Shown here: positions 11,475-21,773 of the stretch, one piece after another
Position numbering within the stretch: the stretch's first letter is position 1
How the letters are laid out: the number at the start of each line of letters is the position of its first letter
Assembly: GCA_934133195.1 (NCBI GenBank)
Contig: CAKPAZ010000001.1
Coordinates: forward strand, 17,267 to 81,266
DNA: 64,000 nt
Source: an uncultured Bacilli bacterium
GTDB lineage: Bacteria > Bacillota_I > Bacilli_A > ML615J-28 > CAG-313
Direction: 5' to 3'
Notes under the pieces: generated by a model
The model's database searches: none
What the model was told of the DNA's origin: nothing
The model's input: only the letters and a program-made list of their open reading frames with translations
Made by a program: the position numbers and the translations under genes

Positions 11475-13947
11475 AAGTGTATCAAATAAAATAGATCGAT
11501 TTGCGACCGAAACTGTTCTAAGAGAAAACTTTGAGAAAATAATGGGAGACCGTTTTGGAAGATATTCTAAATATATCATTCAAGACCGTGCTCTACCTGA
11601 TGTTCGTGATGGCTTAAAACCAGTACAACGTCGTATTCTTTTCGCAATGTACAAACTAGGCTTATTCAGTAATAAGCCTCACAAAAAGAGTGCACGTATT
11701 GTCGGTGACGTTATTGGTAAGTACCATCCTCATGGTGATACTGCCGTATATGAAGCCTTAGTCAGAATGAGTCAAGACTTTAAGATTCTACTCCCTCTTG
11801 TTGATATGCACGGAAATAATGGTAGTATCGATGGTGACTCAGCCGCTGCCATGCGTTATACAGAAGCAAGACTAAGCAAATATGCAGAATTATTATTAAA
11901 AGACTTAAATAAAAAGACCGTTTCATTCATGCCTAACTTCGATGATGAAGAACTTGAACCAGTAGTACTACCTGCTAAATTCCCTAACGTTTTAGTTAAT
12001 GGTGGTACTGGTGTTGCTTCAGGTTATGCAACTAACATTCCTCCTCATAATCCAGGAGAAATCATTGATGCATGTATTCTTCGTCTAACTAATCCTAAAT
12101 GTACCCTTGAAGATGTTTTACAAATCGTTAAAGGCCCTGACTTTCCAACTGGTGGTATTGTTCAAGGCTTAGATGGTATCAAGAGTGCCTTTGAAACTGG
12201 TATTGGTAAAGTAATGGTTAAAGCTAAAACAGAGATTGTTCCTTATAAAGGTGATAACCGTATTATTATCTCAGAAATTCCTTATGAAGTTAATAAATCA
12301 GAACTTCTAAAAAGAATGAGTGATACCATTGAACAAAAAGGTGTTGATGGAGTTAAAACTATTCGTGATGAAACCGACCGTGAAGGTTTACGTATTGTCA
12401 TTGATGTCAGAAAAGATGTTAACCCAGAAACCATCTTACAAGTATTATTCAAATACACGGATTTACAAAAATCTTACAACTACAATATGATTGTTGTAAG
12501 TTATGGTAAACCAATGCAAATGGGATTACTAGATATCATTGATTCATACATTGTCCATCAAAAAGAAGTTGTAACTAATCTTTGTAACTTTGAATTATTA
12601 AAAGCTAACAAAAGACTAGAAATTGTTGATGGTTTAATTTCTATGGTTTCTATTCTAGATTCTGTTATTGCGACAATCCGAAACTCTAAAAATAAGATGG
12701 ATGCGAAAGAAAATATCATCTCTAAATATGGCTTTACCGAAATTCAAGCTGAAGCTATCGTAATGTTACAACTATATCGTTTAACTAATACCGATATCTT
12801 TGCTTTAAAACAAGAAAGAGCCGACCTTGAAAATTTAGTTGTTAAACTTACAAGAATCTTAAATAGTGAAAAAGCCTTAGTTAAAGAAATTATTAAAGAA
12901 ATGACAGAAACTAAAGAAATCATCAATGTTCCTCGTAAAACGCAAATCGAAGAATACTTTGAAGAAGTAACTGTCAAAACTGAAGAAATTATCGCAAGTG
13001 AAGAAGTTATCTTAATCATTACTCATGATGGATACTTAAAACGTTTAAGTAAGAAGGCTTTTGCAGCCTCAACTGAAGCTACCAAACTTAAAGATGGTGA
13101 TATCATCTCGGATATTTACAATGTAACAACGACGGATACTTTAATTCAATTTACTAACCTTGGTAACTATGTATTCTTACCAATTCACAAGATTCCTGAT
13201 TGTAAACACAAAGATTTAGGTTACCATGTAAGTACCTTAATCTCAATGGATCCAACGGAAAAGATTGTTTTCTCATATCCAGTTACTAACTTTGATGAAA
13301 ACAAATTTGTCCTCCTTACAACTAAACAAGGATTAATTAAACGTATTCCTTTATCAAGTCTTAAAGTAAATCGTTACTCAAAAGTATTACAAGCAACTAA
13401 ACTTAAAGATGGTGATGAAGTAGTAAGTGCGGATATTGCGACTGGAGATAACATTGAAGTTGTTATCGCAACCAAAGATGGCTTCATGAATCGATATGAC
13501 GCCTCAGAAATTAGTGTCATGGAAGCTGCCTCATATGGTGTTAAAGCCATTGAACTTAAGAGTAGACCTAATGACTATGTCATTGGTGCTAAATATGTTA
13601 TGGAAAAAGATATCATCTTGCTTCTTACAAATCGTGGTAACATCAAACGTTTCCGTGTTGATGAAATTAACAAAGGAAAGAAAAACCACGTTGGTAAGAT
13701 GTACCTAAAGGTTGTTAAATCTAATATGCATGAAGGACTTGCCTTAGATGTTGTTCATGCTAAAAACGCTAATGCAGATTCTGCTATCTACATTAGATGT
13801 GAAAAAGAATTTGTCTCAATTGATTATACAATCTTAAGAAAAGCCATCGCTGATAATGGAATGAAAATGGTTACTCCAAGTGCAGGAAAACCACTTGACT
13901 TAATTATCTGCAGAAATGACTATGATGTAAATCCAGATCAAAACTAG
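11461..13947 (+). CDS. parC: DNA topoisomerase IV subunit A
   Basis: [32 protein letters not shown] (ParC-type QRR, not GyrA-type HRR) and [10 protein letters not shown] with the catalytic Tyr. I did not see a GyrA box. Confidence 0.85.
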   Translation: MAMSRSVSNKIDRFATETVLRENFEKIMGDRFGRYSKYIIQDRALPDVRDGLKPVQRRILFAMYKLGLFSNKPHKKSARIVGDVIGKYHPHGDTAVYEALVRMSQDFKILLPLVDMHGNNGSIDGDSAAAMRYTEARLSKYAELLLKDLNKKTVSFMPNFDDEELEPVVLPAKFPNVLVNGGTGVASGYATNIPPHNPGEIIDACILRLTNPKCTLEDVLQIVKGPDFPTGGIVQGLDGIKSAFETGIGKVMVKAKTEIVPYKGDNRIIISEIPYEVNKSELLKRMSDTIEQKGVDGVKTIRDETDREGLRIVIDVRKDVNPETILQVLFKYTDLQKSYNYNMIVVSYGKPMQMGLLDIIDSYIVHQKEVVTNLCNFELLKANKRLEIVDGLISMVSILDSVIATIRNSKNKMDAKENIISKYGFTEIQAEAIVMLQLYRLTNTDIFALKQERADLENLVVKLTRILNSEKALVKEIIKEMTETKEIINVPRKTQIEEYFEEVTVKTEEIIASEEVILIITHDGYLKRLSKKAFAASTEATKLKDGDIISDIYNVTTTDTLIQFTNLGNYVFLPIHKIPDCKHKDLGYHVSTLISMDPTEKIVFSYPVTNFDENKFVLLTTKQGLIKRIPLSSLKVNRYSKVLQATKLKDGDEVVSADIATGDNIEVVIATKDGFMNRYDASEISVMEAASYGVKAIELKSRPNDYVIGAKYVMEKDIILLLTNRGNIKRFRVDEINKGKKNHVGKMYLKVVKSNMHEGLALDVVHAKNANADSAIYIRCEKEFVSIDYTILRKAIADNGMKMVTPSAGKPLDLIICRNDYDVNPDQN

Positions 13948-13956
13948 AATCATTCA

Positions 13957-13988
13957 AAACTGTTAGTGTTATACTAGCAGTTTTTTTA
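13957..13988 (+). terminator. Rho-independent terminator after parC
   Basis: Stem CTGTTAGT / ACTAGCAG (with a G-U pair) followed by TTTTTTT. Confidence 0.6.
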
Positions 13989-14071
13989 TTTTTAAAAAAT
14001 TTTTTTCTTCATTCTTATTTTTTATTAGCAGAAAACTAGATTAGGTGCTTAATTTTTTTAAGTAATTTAAG

Positions 14072-14100
14072 TTGAAATGAATTTAACTTTATGGTATAAT
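14072..14100 (+). promoter_or_regulatory. SigA-type promoter of cmk::rpsA
   Basis: TTGAAA, 17 nt spacer, TATAAT with a TG extended -10. The first ATG of the track ORF lies inside the -10 box. Confidence 0.5.
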
Positions 14101-14122
14101 GTTTGAGTTGAGGTACAAGTAT

Positions 14123-16177
14123 ATGTTTAAAATTGCAATTGATGGCCCAGCGGGTGCCGGTAAATCTACTATTTCTAAGTTACTCGCAAAGAGACTTAAT
14201 TTTGAGTACATTGACACAGGTGCAATGTATCGAGCTATTACATTAAAGGCTATTCGTCTTGGTATTAATATGGAAGATGAATCAGCGTATGGCTTTCTAA
14301 AAGACACTAAACTTGATATTGAAAATGGTCGTGTCTTCCTAGACGATGAGGATGTATCAATCCCTATCAGAAGTGTGGAAGTAACCAATCAAGTTTCTAC
14401 TCCTTCCAAGATTGGAGTAGTTAGAACTTTCTTAGTTGATTATCAACGTAAGATAAGCAAATCTAAAAATGTCGTAATGGATGGTAGAGATATTGGAACT
14501 GTGGTCTTACCAAATGCAGATTTAAAGATATATCTTGACGCAACCGTCGAGTGTCGAGCAAAAAGAAGAATGCTTGAAAGACTTGAAAAAGGCGTTGTCC
14601 TTTCTTTAGAGGAAACTATCGATGAAATTATTACTCGTGATACTAAAGATTCAACTAGAGCAATAAGTCCTCTAAAAAAAGCCGATGATGCTGTTGTCAT
14701 CGACTCATCAGATATGACAATTGATGAAGTCGTTAATGAAATTATTAAATTAGTATATGAAAGGGGCTTTAAAACTATGAGCAAAGAAAAAATCAATGAA
14801 TTTCAAACTGTAAGGGGTCGTGTTATCAACGTAACTAAAGATGCGATCTATCTAGAATTAGATGAAGGAGAAAAGGCTGTTATTTATCCTAACGATTTAG
14901 ACGGTTATAATGAAGGTCAAAAATTAAGGGATTCATATAACGAAGGTCAAGAATTTGAAGCCCAAGTTAAACAAATAACAAAAGACCGTAAAACTGGAGA
15001 ACCTGTTTACATTTTATCCACAAAATTAGAAGCAGAAAAGGCAAAACTTGCGATATTTGAAGAACTAAAAGAAAAGGATGAAATCATCTCTTGTAAGGTT
15101 GTTCATGTAACTCATGCTGGTGCTGACCTTGTTTACCATGACTTAAAAGTATTTATGCCTTTACGTAATGTTGACTTAAACGAAGAAGCATTAAGAAAAA
15201 TGGTTGGTCAATCAATGGATGTTATCGTAACATACGTTAATAAAGATCGTATGCAAGTACAAGTTTCTAACATTCTTGCTTTAAAGAAAAAAGCAAGACT
15301 TGCAAAAGAAGATGCTTTATCAAAAATTAACGTTGGTGATGTATTAGAAGGTACTGTTGTTGAAGTTCTTCCTTATGGTGCTATCGTTAATCTTGGTGTT
15401 GTTTCTGGTTTACTACATGTATCTGAAATGAGCCACAAGATGGTTAGAAACGCTAATGATGTATATAAAGTAAATGATAAAGTAACAGTTAAAGTTATCA
15501 AGAAAGAAAATGATCGTATTGGTCTTTCTGTACGTGCTCTTACTCCTCATCCTTGGGATGTTTTAAAAGAACAATACCATGTTGGTGATGTATTTGAAGG
15601 TGAAATTGTTAAGATTATTGATGCTGGTTTAATCATCAAATTAACTGATGAATACTCTGGATTAATGCCACGTGTTGAATACTCTTGGCTTGTTAATGAT
15701 CGTTTAGATGGTAAATATAACGAAGGCGATAAGATTAAAGTTCAAGTTATGGCTATTGATGATAAGAAAAAACGTGTAACTCTATCTCATCGTGCTACAG
15801 TTGAAAACACTTGGGGTTCAATTAAAGTAAGAAAAGGTGATGAAGTTACTGTTACAATCGCAACTATCGAAGAACGTGGTGCTAAAGTAAATTATCTAAA
15901 TGTTACAGGATTTATGCCTGTTAATGAAGTTACTGCAGCTCGTAGAATTCAAAAAGTTGATGAAGTATTCCCAGTAGGAACTGAAGTTCAAGTTCTAGTT
16001 ATCGATGCTGACCCATCACGTGCAAAACTTGTAGTAAGTGCTAAAGGCTTAGAACTTGCTAAAGAAAGAGCTGAATTTGACAAATACTTTAAAGAACAAG
16101 AAAATGAAACTCCAACATCTACCCTTGGCGATGTTCTAAGTGGTCTAAACTTATTTGACGAAAAGGAAGATAAGTAA
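14123..16177 (+). CDS. cmk-rpsA: Fused cytidylate kinase / ribosomal protein S1
   Basis: N-terminal IAIDGPAGAGKST and Cmk fold to about 14776, then four S1 (OB-fold) repeats from Met 14777 in the same frame with no stop. GAGGT RBS precedes the ATG at 14123. Confidence 0.85.
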   Translation: MFKIAIDGPAGAGKSTISKLLAKRLNFEYIDTGAMYRAITLKAIRLGINMEDESAYGFLKDTKLDIENGRVFLDDEDVSIPIRSVEVTNQVSTPSKIGVVRTFLVDYQRKISKSKNVVMDGRDIGTVVLPNADLKIYLDATVECRAKRRMLERLEKGVVLSLEETIDEIITRDTKDSTRAISPLKKADDAVVIDSSDMTIDEVVNEIIKLVYERGFKTMSKEKINEFQTVRGRVINVTKDAIYLELDEGEKAVIYPNDLDGYNEGQKLRDSYNEGQEFEAQVKQITKDRKTGEPVYILSTKLEAEKAKLAIFEELKEKDEIISCKVVHVTHAGADLVYHDLKVFMPLRNVDLNEEALRKMVGQSMDVIVTYVNKDRMQVQVSNILALKKKARLAKEDALSKINVGDVLEGTVVEVLPYGAIVNLGVVSGLLHVSEMSHKMVRNANDVYKVNDKVTVKVIKKENDRIGLSVRALTPHPWDVLKEQYHVGDVFEGEIVKIIDAGLIIKLTDEYSGLMPRVEYSWLVNDRLDGKYNEGDKIKVQVMAIDDKKKRVTLSHRATVENTWGSIKVRKGDEVTVTIATIEERGAKVNYLNVTGFMPVNEVTAARRIQKVDEVFPVGTEVQVLVIDADPSRAKLVVSAKGLELAKERAEFDKYFKEQENETPTSTLGDVLSGLNLFDEKEDK

Positions 16178-17487
16178 TGAAAAAAGGTACGGTCGCAATT
16201 GTCGGACGTCCTAATGTTGGAAAGTCAAGTATCTTTAATCGTTTGGCTGGACAAAAATTAGCAATTACTGATGATCAAAGTGGTATTACCCGTGACCGTT
16301 TATATGCAAGATGTGAGTGGTTAGATCAAGAATTTGATTTAATTGACACTGGTGGTATAGAACTTGTTAATGTACCTTTTATGGAAGAAATTAAAGCCCA
16401 AGCAGAACTTGCCATTGACGAAGCAGACTTAATTGTCTTATGCGTTGATGGTCGAGTTGGGGTAACTAAAGAAGATGAAGATGTAATGAATATTCTTCAT
16501 CGTTCTAAAAAAGAAGTTATCGTTGCGGCTAACAAAATAGATGATGTAAAATTCATGGACAATGTCTATGAATTTTATAATCTAGGCGTAGCTGAAGTCT
16601 TTCCGGTTAGTGCCCTTCATGGTATCGGCATTGGCGACTTACTTGACTATATCGTTACCCACCTTCCAGAAAAGAAATTAAAAAGATATGAAAACACCGT
16701 TGAATTCTCTTTAATCGGTCAACCTAATGTTGGTAAAAGTTCCCTAACTAATGCCATCTTAGGAACAGAAAGAGTAATTGTTAGTGATATTCCTGGTACA
16801 ACAAGAGATGCAATTGATACTTTCTTTGTTAGAGATGGTCAAAACTATGTTGTAATTGATACTGCTGGTATCAGAAAACAAGGAAAAATCTATGAAAATG
16901 CGGAAAAGTATAGTGTTTTAAGAGCAGTCAAAGCAATTGAAAGATCACAAATTGTTTTACTTGTCTTAGATGGAACTAAAGATGTCGAAGAACAAGATAA
17001 ACGAATTGCCGGACTACCTCTTGAACAAAAGAAAGCGGTAATTATCGTTGTTAATAAATGGGATGCTGTAAAGAAAGATGAAAAATCAATGAATGAATAT
17101 ACGGAAAAAATCCGTAGTCACTTTGTATTCTTGAACTATGCTCCTATTTGTTTTGTTTCCGCCCTTAAAAATGAAAGAATTCATACCTTATTTGATCAAA
17201 TCAAACAAGTATATGAAAATTACAATCGTCGTATAATGACAAGTGTTTTAAATGATGTTATCTTAGATGCTACCATCATGAATCAAGCACCAATATTTAA
17301 TGGCGATCGCTTAAGAATCTCTTATGCAACTCAAGCCTCGACTTGCCCTCCAACCTTTGTTTTATTTGTTAATGATCCAAACTATATGCATTTTTCTTAC
17401 CAACGTTATCTTGAAAATAAAATAAGAGAAGCCTTCATTCTTGATGGCACTCCAGTCTATTTTATTTTAAGAAAGAAGGAAGAATAA
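16177..17487 (+). CDS. der: Ribosome-associated GTPase Der (EngA)
   Basis: Two tandem GTPase domains (GRPNVGKSS and GQPNVGKSS) plus a KH-like C-terminus. Confidence 0.95.
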   Translation: MKKGTVAIVGRPNVGKSSIFNRLAGQKLAITDDQSGITRDRLYARCEWLDQEFDLIDTGGIELVNVPFMEEIKAQAELAIDEADLIVLCVDGRVGVTKEDEDVMNILHRSKKEVIVAANKIDDVKFMDNVYEFYNLGVAEVFPVSALHGIGIGDLLDYIVTHLPEKKLKRYENTVEFSLIGQPNVGKSSLTNAILGTERVIVSDIPGTTRDAIDTFFVRDGQNYVVIDTAGIRKQGKIYENAEKYSVLRAVKAIERSQIVLLVLDGTKDVEEQDKRIAGLPLEQKKAVIIVVNKWDAVKKDEKSMNEYTEKIRSHFVFLNYAPICFVSALKNERIHTLFDQIKQVYENYNRRIMTSVLNDVILDATIMNQAPIFNGDRLRISYATQASTCPPTFVLFVNDPNYMHFSYQRYLENKIREAFILDGTPVYFILRKKEE

Positions 17488-18482
17488 TGAATATCACGAT
17501 TATTGGAGCAGGTAGCTGGGGATGTGCACTGGCTAATATAGTTTGTGAGAATAAACATAACGTCACTCTTTATGATAATAATAAAGAAACCGTTGAACAA
17601 ATTAATAATGAACATCGTAATGAAAAGGTCCCTGGTGGAATCTTAGATGAAAAAATCAAAGCAACCCTAAATTTAAAAGATGCGATAGATTTTGCTGAGA
17701 TAATTGTTATTTCAGTACCTACTAAGGTTTTAAGAATCGTGCTTAATAACATTAAAGATGTTTTAAGCTCTCCTAAAATCTTTGTTAACGCAAGCAAAGG
17801 ACTTGAACCAGATACCTTTATGAGAGTATCTGAAATAATAAAACAAGTAATTCCAGCTAACTATATCAAAGGAATTGTTGCTTTAACCGGACCATCACAC
17901 GCTGAAGAAGTAATCATCAAACTTCCAACTACCATTTGTTCAGTTTCTGAAGACAAAACAATGGCTAAACTAATCCAAGATGTCTTTAGTAATCATACTA
18001 ACTTTAGGGTTTATACCTCAACTGACTTACTTGGAGCTGAACTTTGTGGAGCTATCAAGAATGTCTATGCGATTGCATCAGGTATGCTTGAAGGCTTAGG
18101 TTTTGGTGATAACGCAAGAGCTGGATTAATTACTAGATCACTTGTTGAAATGCGAAGAATCGTTACTAAACTTGGAGGAAAAGAAGAAACCTTGTTTGGT
18201 TTAACAGGAGTTGGTGACTTAATTGTTACTACCTCATCTCATCATTCAAGAAACTTCCAAGCCGGAGTAAAACTTGCGACAGGACTAAGTCTTGAAGAAA
18301 CCATTAACTCTATGAGTATGGTAGTCGAAGGAGCAAGAACTTGTGAAGCTGTCTACAAGCTTGCGAGAACATTAAATATTGAAACTCCGATTATTGATGC
18401 GGTATACGATATTATATATTTAAAGAAACCGGTAAGACAAGCGGTAAGTGATTTACTTATGCGTTCATTTAAAGAAGAATAA
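17487..18482 (+). CDS. gpsA: NAD(P)H-dependent glycerol-3-phosphate dehydrogenase
   Basis: IIGAGSWG Rossmann motif and GALKNV-like GAIKNVYAIASG. der-gpsA order is as in Bacillus. Confidence 0.95.
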   Translation: MNITIIGAGSWGCALANIVCENKHNVTLYDNNKETVEQINNEHRNEKVPGGILDEKIKATLNLKDAIDFAEIIVISVPTKVLRIVLNNIKDVLSSPKIFVNASKGLEPDTFMRVSEIIKQVIPANYIKGIVALTGPSHAEEVIIKLPTTICSVSEDKTMAKLIQDVFSNHTNFRVYTSTDLLGAELCGAIKNVYAIASGMLEGLGFGDNARAGLITRSLVEMRRIVTKLGGKEETLFGLTGVGDLIVTTSSHHSRNFQAGVKLATGLSLEETINSMSMVVEGARTCEAVYKLARTLNIETPIIDAVYDIIYLKKPVRQAVSDLLMRSFKEE

Positions 18483-18486
18483 CAAA

Positions 18487-18513
18487 AGATCCAAAAAAAT
18501 TTGGGTCTTTTTG
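18487..18513 (+). terminator. Rho-independent terminator after gpsA
   Basis: AGATCCAAA ... TTTGGGTCT hairpin followed by TTTTG. Confidence 0.55.
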
Positions 18514-18558
18514 TCACATTTTACTAGGCACAAACATATAATTTTGTGAGGTGTATTT

Positions 18559-18798
18559 ATGAACATAAACAAAGTAATGAGTTTTATATCGGAAAACAAC
18601 ATTCAACCCGATGAATTGTTTGCATTGGTTGAAAGAGTAAGAACTCTTGATTTAACCGATGAATCATGTATAAGAAAAGTAATTCATGATGTATCTAAAA
18701 TGGCGAATAAGCCAATAGATAAAGCTGAAGAAAACAAGTTAGTCCGTGAAATCATGAAAAACGGAGTAAATGAGAGCTTACTTGATATTCTTAAGTAA
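18559..18798 (+). CDS. Small alpha-helical protein, possibly stage VI sporulation protein F family
   Basis: 79 aa. The pattern ...DESCIRKVIHDVSKMANKPIDKAEENKLVREI... resembles my recollection of B. subtilis SpoVIF (YjcC). Recall-based only. Confidence 0.35.
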   Translation: MNINKVMSFISENNIQPDELFALVERVRTLDLTDESCIRKVIHDVSKMANKPIDKAEENKLVREIMKNGVNESLLDILK

Positions 18799-18812
18799 AA
18801 CGTTTACATTGA

Positions 18813-18846
18813 AGAAAAGACAAAATTTAAGTCTTTTCTTTTTATT
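18813..18846 (+). terminator. Rho-independent terminator
   Basis: AGAAAAGAC ... GTCTTTTCT hairpin followed by TTTTTATTT. Confidence 0.6.
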
Positions 18847-18894
18847 TATAATCTAAAATGTGGTAAAATATAAGGGTAAAAAGGAGGAATTAAA

Positions 18895-20301
18895 ATGGAA
18901 AAATGTGTATTTGGAATTACTGAATCCGTCGCAAAAGAAATATTAGAGATTGCTCTTTCTACAGGAGGAGAATTCGCTGAAGTATTTATGGAAAATACTA
19001 AAAATGAAAACTATGAAATGACTTTATGCAAAGTAACTAAAGCTAACGTTTCTCAAGTATCGGGAGCAGCTATAAGAATAATTAAAGATGGAGTAGAGGT
19101 AAATGCAAGTGTTACTGAATGTAATGCTGAAAAATTAAAAGTAGTCGCAAAGAATCTTGCTTCAAGTTTTGAAGGAACTAAAACAACAGAAGTTTTACCA
19201 TTTGTTGAAAAGAAAGTTCCTTTAGTAGTTAACCCACTTCGCTATACTGACGATTCAAATGATGTTGAAATCGGTTTAATGGAAAAAGCTTCAAAGGCTG
19301 CCATTGAATATAGTAAAGAAATCGTTCAAGTTATTGCGAGAGTAACAAAGAAATTACAAGACATCTTTGTTTTCGCAAGTGATTCAACATGGCAAACTGA
19401 TAAACGTGCTCAAACAAGATTATATGTTTCTGCCGTTGCTTCAGATGGTAAAGTAATGGAAACTGGAAGTGCTCAATTTGGACGTAACCAAGGCATGGAA
19501 ATGTTTGATGAATGTGATCCTGCAGCCCTTGGAACTGAAGCCGCAAGTGATGCAGTTACGATGTTACACGCGGAAGAAATGCCAGGTGGTGACATCCCTG
19601 TTGTAATCAACAATGGTTTTGGTGGTGTAATTCTTCATGAAGCTTGCGTTCATGGTCTAGAAGCAACAGCGGTTGCTAAAGGAATGTCAGTATTCTGTGG
19701 TAAACTAGGACAAAAAGTTGCTAGTGATATCGTTAACGCAGTTGATGATGGTACTAATCTTAATAGCTGGGGTTCCATGAATGTTGATGATGAAGGTACT
19801 CCATCAAGATGTAATGTCTTAATTGAAAATGGTATCTTAAAATCATATTTAGTTGATAAAAAGAATGCCAAGAAGATGAACCATCCGGTAACTGGTTCTT
19901 CAAGACGTCAATCTTATAAATTTACAACTACATCAAGAATGACTAACACTTACTTCTTAAACGGAACTTCAACATTTGATGAAATTATCAAGAGTGTTAA
20001 GTATGGACTTTTCGCAAAGAAAATGGGCGGAGGTTCGGTTCAACCCGCAACCGGTGAGTTTAACTTCGCTGTTAATGTTGGTTACTTGATTGAAGATGGT
20101 AAAATTACTAAACCCGTACGTGGAGCTACCCTTGTAGGTTCTGGTCCTGAAGTATTAATGAATATTGAAATGATAGGTGATAACCTTTCATGTTCTCATG
20201 GTATGTGTGGATCTGAAAGTGGATCAATCCCAACTAACGTTGGTCAACCAACTATCAAAGTTTCACATATCACTGTAGGTGGAAAAGGAGGTACTAAATA
20301 A
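18895..20301 (+). CDS. tldD: Metalloprotease TldD
   Basis: HEACVHGLE zinc motif, 468 aa, paired with pmbA. Confidence 0.85.
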   Translation: MEKCVFGITESVAKEILEIALSTGGEFAEVFMENTKNENYEMTLCKVTKANVSQVSGAAIRIIKDGVEVNASVTECNAEKLKVVAKNLASSFEGTKTTEVLPFVEKKVPLVVNPLRYTDDSNDVEIGLMEKASKAAIEYSKEIVQVIARVTKKLQDIFVFASDSTWQTDKRAQTRLYVSAVASDGKVMETGSAQFGRNQGMEMFDECDPAALGTEAASDAVTMLHAEEMPGGDIPVVINNGFGGVILHEACVHGLEATAVAKGMSVFCGKLGQKVASDIVNAVDDGTNLNSWGSMNVDDEGTPSRCNVLIENGILKSYLVDKKNAKKMNHPVTGSSRRQSYKFTTTSRMTNTYFLNGTSTFDEIIKSVKYGLFAKKMGGGSVQPATGEFNFAVNVGYLIEDGKITKPVRGATLVGSGPEVLMNIEMIGDNLSCSHGMCGSESGSIPTNVGQPTIKVSHITVGGKGGTK

Positions 20302-21635
20302 TGATGACATATGAAGAAATAATCAAATTAGGCCTTGAAATGGGACTTGAAGAAATGGAAATTTATGCTGAGACAACTACCGGTAATGTAATTAAACTAT
20401 TTGATGGAGAACTATCAAATTATAATTCAACTGATTTTCTTGGTGTTTCCATTCGCGGATTATATAATGGTAAAATGAGTTATGTTTATACAGAAAACTT
20501 AGAAAAAGCAGAAATTGAAAAATTATTACATAACTTAATTGAAAATGCTAAATGTTTAACATCAGCTGAAGAAGAACATATCTATGGTGAACATCATGAA
20601 TATCGTGAAGTAAAACCCCTTGTAGCTGATTACAATAACTATTCATTACAAGAAAAAATTAGCATGTTAAAAACTATTTCTAAGGAAGCTCTTGCAAAAG
20701 ATGAAAGAATTGTTAAAATTGGTTATTGTCAATACCATGAAAATTCTAAAACCATTAGAATCATTAACTCTAAGGGTTTGAATTTAACACGTAGTTATTC
20801 CTATCTTACAGCCTTCCTAGGAGCAGTCGCAAGCGATGGTACTAACACAACCTTAGGTTTTGGTAGTGATGTTAATACTAAATTTAAAGAATTAGAGACT
20901 ACTCGTATTGTTGATGAATCAACTAAGATGGCCCTTGGATCTCTTGGTGCTGGTTCAGTTAAAAGTGGTGAGTATGAAGTTGTCTTCTCAAAAGATGTTG
21001 CATCAGAAATCTTAGATGCCTTTAGTTCAATCTTTATGGGTGAAAGTGCTTTAAGAAACTTAACTATTTTAACCGATAAAGAAGGACAAAAAGTCTTTGG
21101 TGATAACATTACGATTGTTGATGATCCATTCTCTGAAGTTGCTTTGGTTCAAATTCCTTTTGATGATGAAGGTGTACCTTGTGTAACCAAAGAAGTAGTT
21201 AAAAATGGTATCTTCACTGGTTTCTTACATAGTTTAAAAACTGCGAAAGCTTTAAATAAAGTTCCTACAGGTAACGGCTTTAAACCGGGAGTTTCTGCTG
21301 ATGTTACTACATCTTGTACTAACATGTATCTAAAACCTGGAACTGAAACTGAAGATGAATTAATTGCTGGCGTAAAAGATGGTATCTATGTAACCGAAGT
21401 AAGTGGTCTACATGCTGGTCTTAACCCTATCTCTGGTGCTTTCAATGTTCAATCAACTGGCTATTTAATTAAAGATGGCAAAAAGTCTGATCCGGTAACT
21501 TTATTCGTTATTTCTGGTAATTTCTTTGAATTAATGAATAATGTAACTGGTATTGCTAACAATATTGATAAAAGATATACAGGTGTTGTTTCTCCTTCAA
21601 TTAGAATTAACAAACTTGTGGTATCTGGAAAATAG
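20301..21635 (+). CDS. pmbA: Metalloprotease PmbA (TldE)
   Basis: Paralogous fold without the HExxH motif, start overlapping the tldD stop, 444 aa. Confidence 0.8.
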   Translation: MMTYEEIIKLGLEMGLEEMEIYAETTTGNVIKLFDGELSNYNSTDFLGVSIRGLYNGKMSYVYTENLEKAEIEKLLHNLIENAKCLTSAEEEHIYGEHHEYREVKPLVADYNNYSLQEKISMLKTISKEALAKDERIVKIGYCQYHENSKTIRIINSKGLNLTRSYSYLTAFLGAVASDGTNTTLGFGSDVNTKFKELETTRIVDESTKMALGSLGAGSVKSGEYEVVFSKDVASEILDAFSSIFMGESALRNLTILTDKEGQKVFGDNITIVDDPFSEVALVQIPFDDEGVPCVTKEVVKNGIFTGFLHSLKTAKALNKVPTGNGFKPGVSADVTTSCTNMYLKPGTETEDELIAGVKDGIYVTEVSGLHAGLNPISGAFNVQSTGYLIKDGKKSDPVTLFVISGNFFELMNNVTGIANNIDKRYTGVVSPSIRINKLVVSGK

Positions 21636-21643
21636 TTTTATGA

Positions 21644-21671
21644 GGGATTAGTAAAACTAATTCCCTTTTTC
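21644..21671 (+). terminator. Rho-independent terminator after pmbA
   Basis: GGGATTAGtaaaaCTAATTCCC followed by TTTTTC. Confidence 0.65.
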
Positions 21672-21690
21672 TTGCAAGTAATCTTATCAT

Positions 21691-21719
21691 TTGACAAAAT
21701 GATTAAATTTTAATATAAT
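21691..21719 (+). promoter_or_regulatory. SigA-type promoter of the ABC exporter operon
   Basis: TTGACA, 17 nt spacer, TATAAT. Confidence 0.55.
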
Positions 21720-21773
21720 CTTTAGGATTTTACACTATAGTTAAAACTAAAATTGAATATAGGAGGTGAGACT

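Noticed and set aside
9504-13947. Calling the type II topoisomerase pair gyrB/gyrA
   Set aside because: The A subunit has the ParC-type [29 protein letters not shown]-terminus and I saw no GyrA box. The yneF-plsY-parE-parC neighbourhood matches Bacillus, whereas gyrBA normally sits beside dnaA-dnaN-recF.
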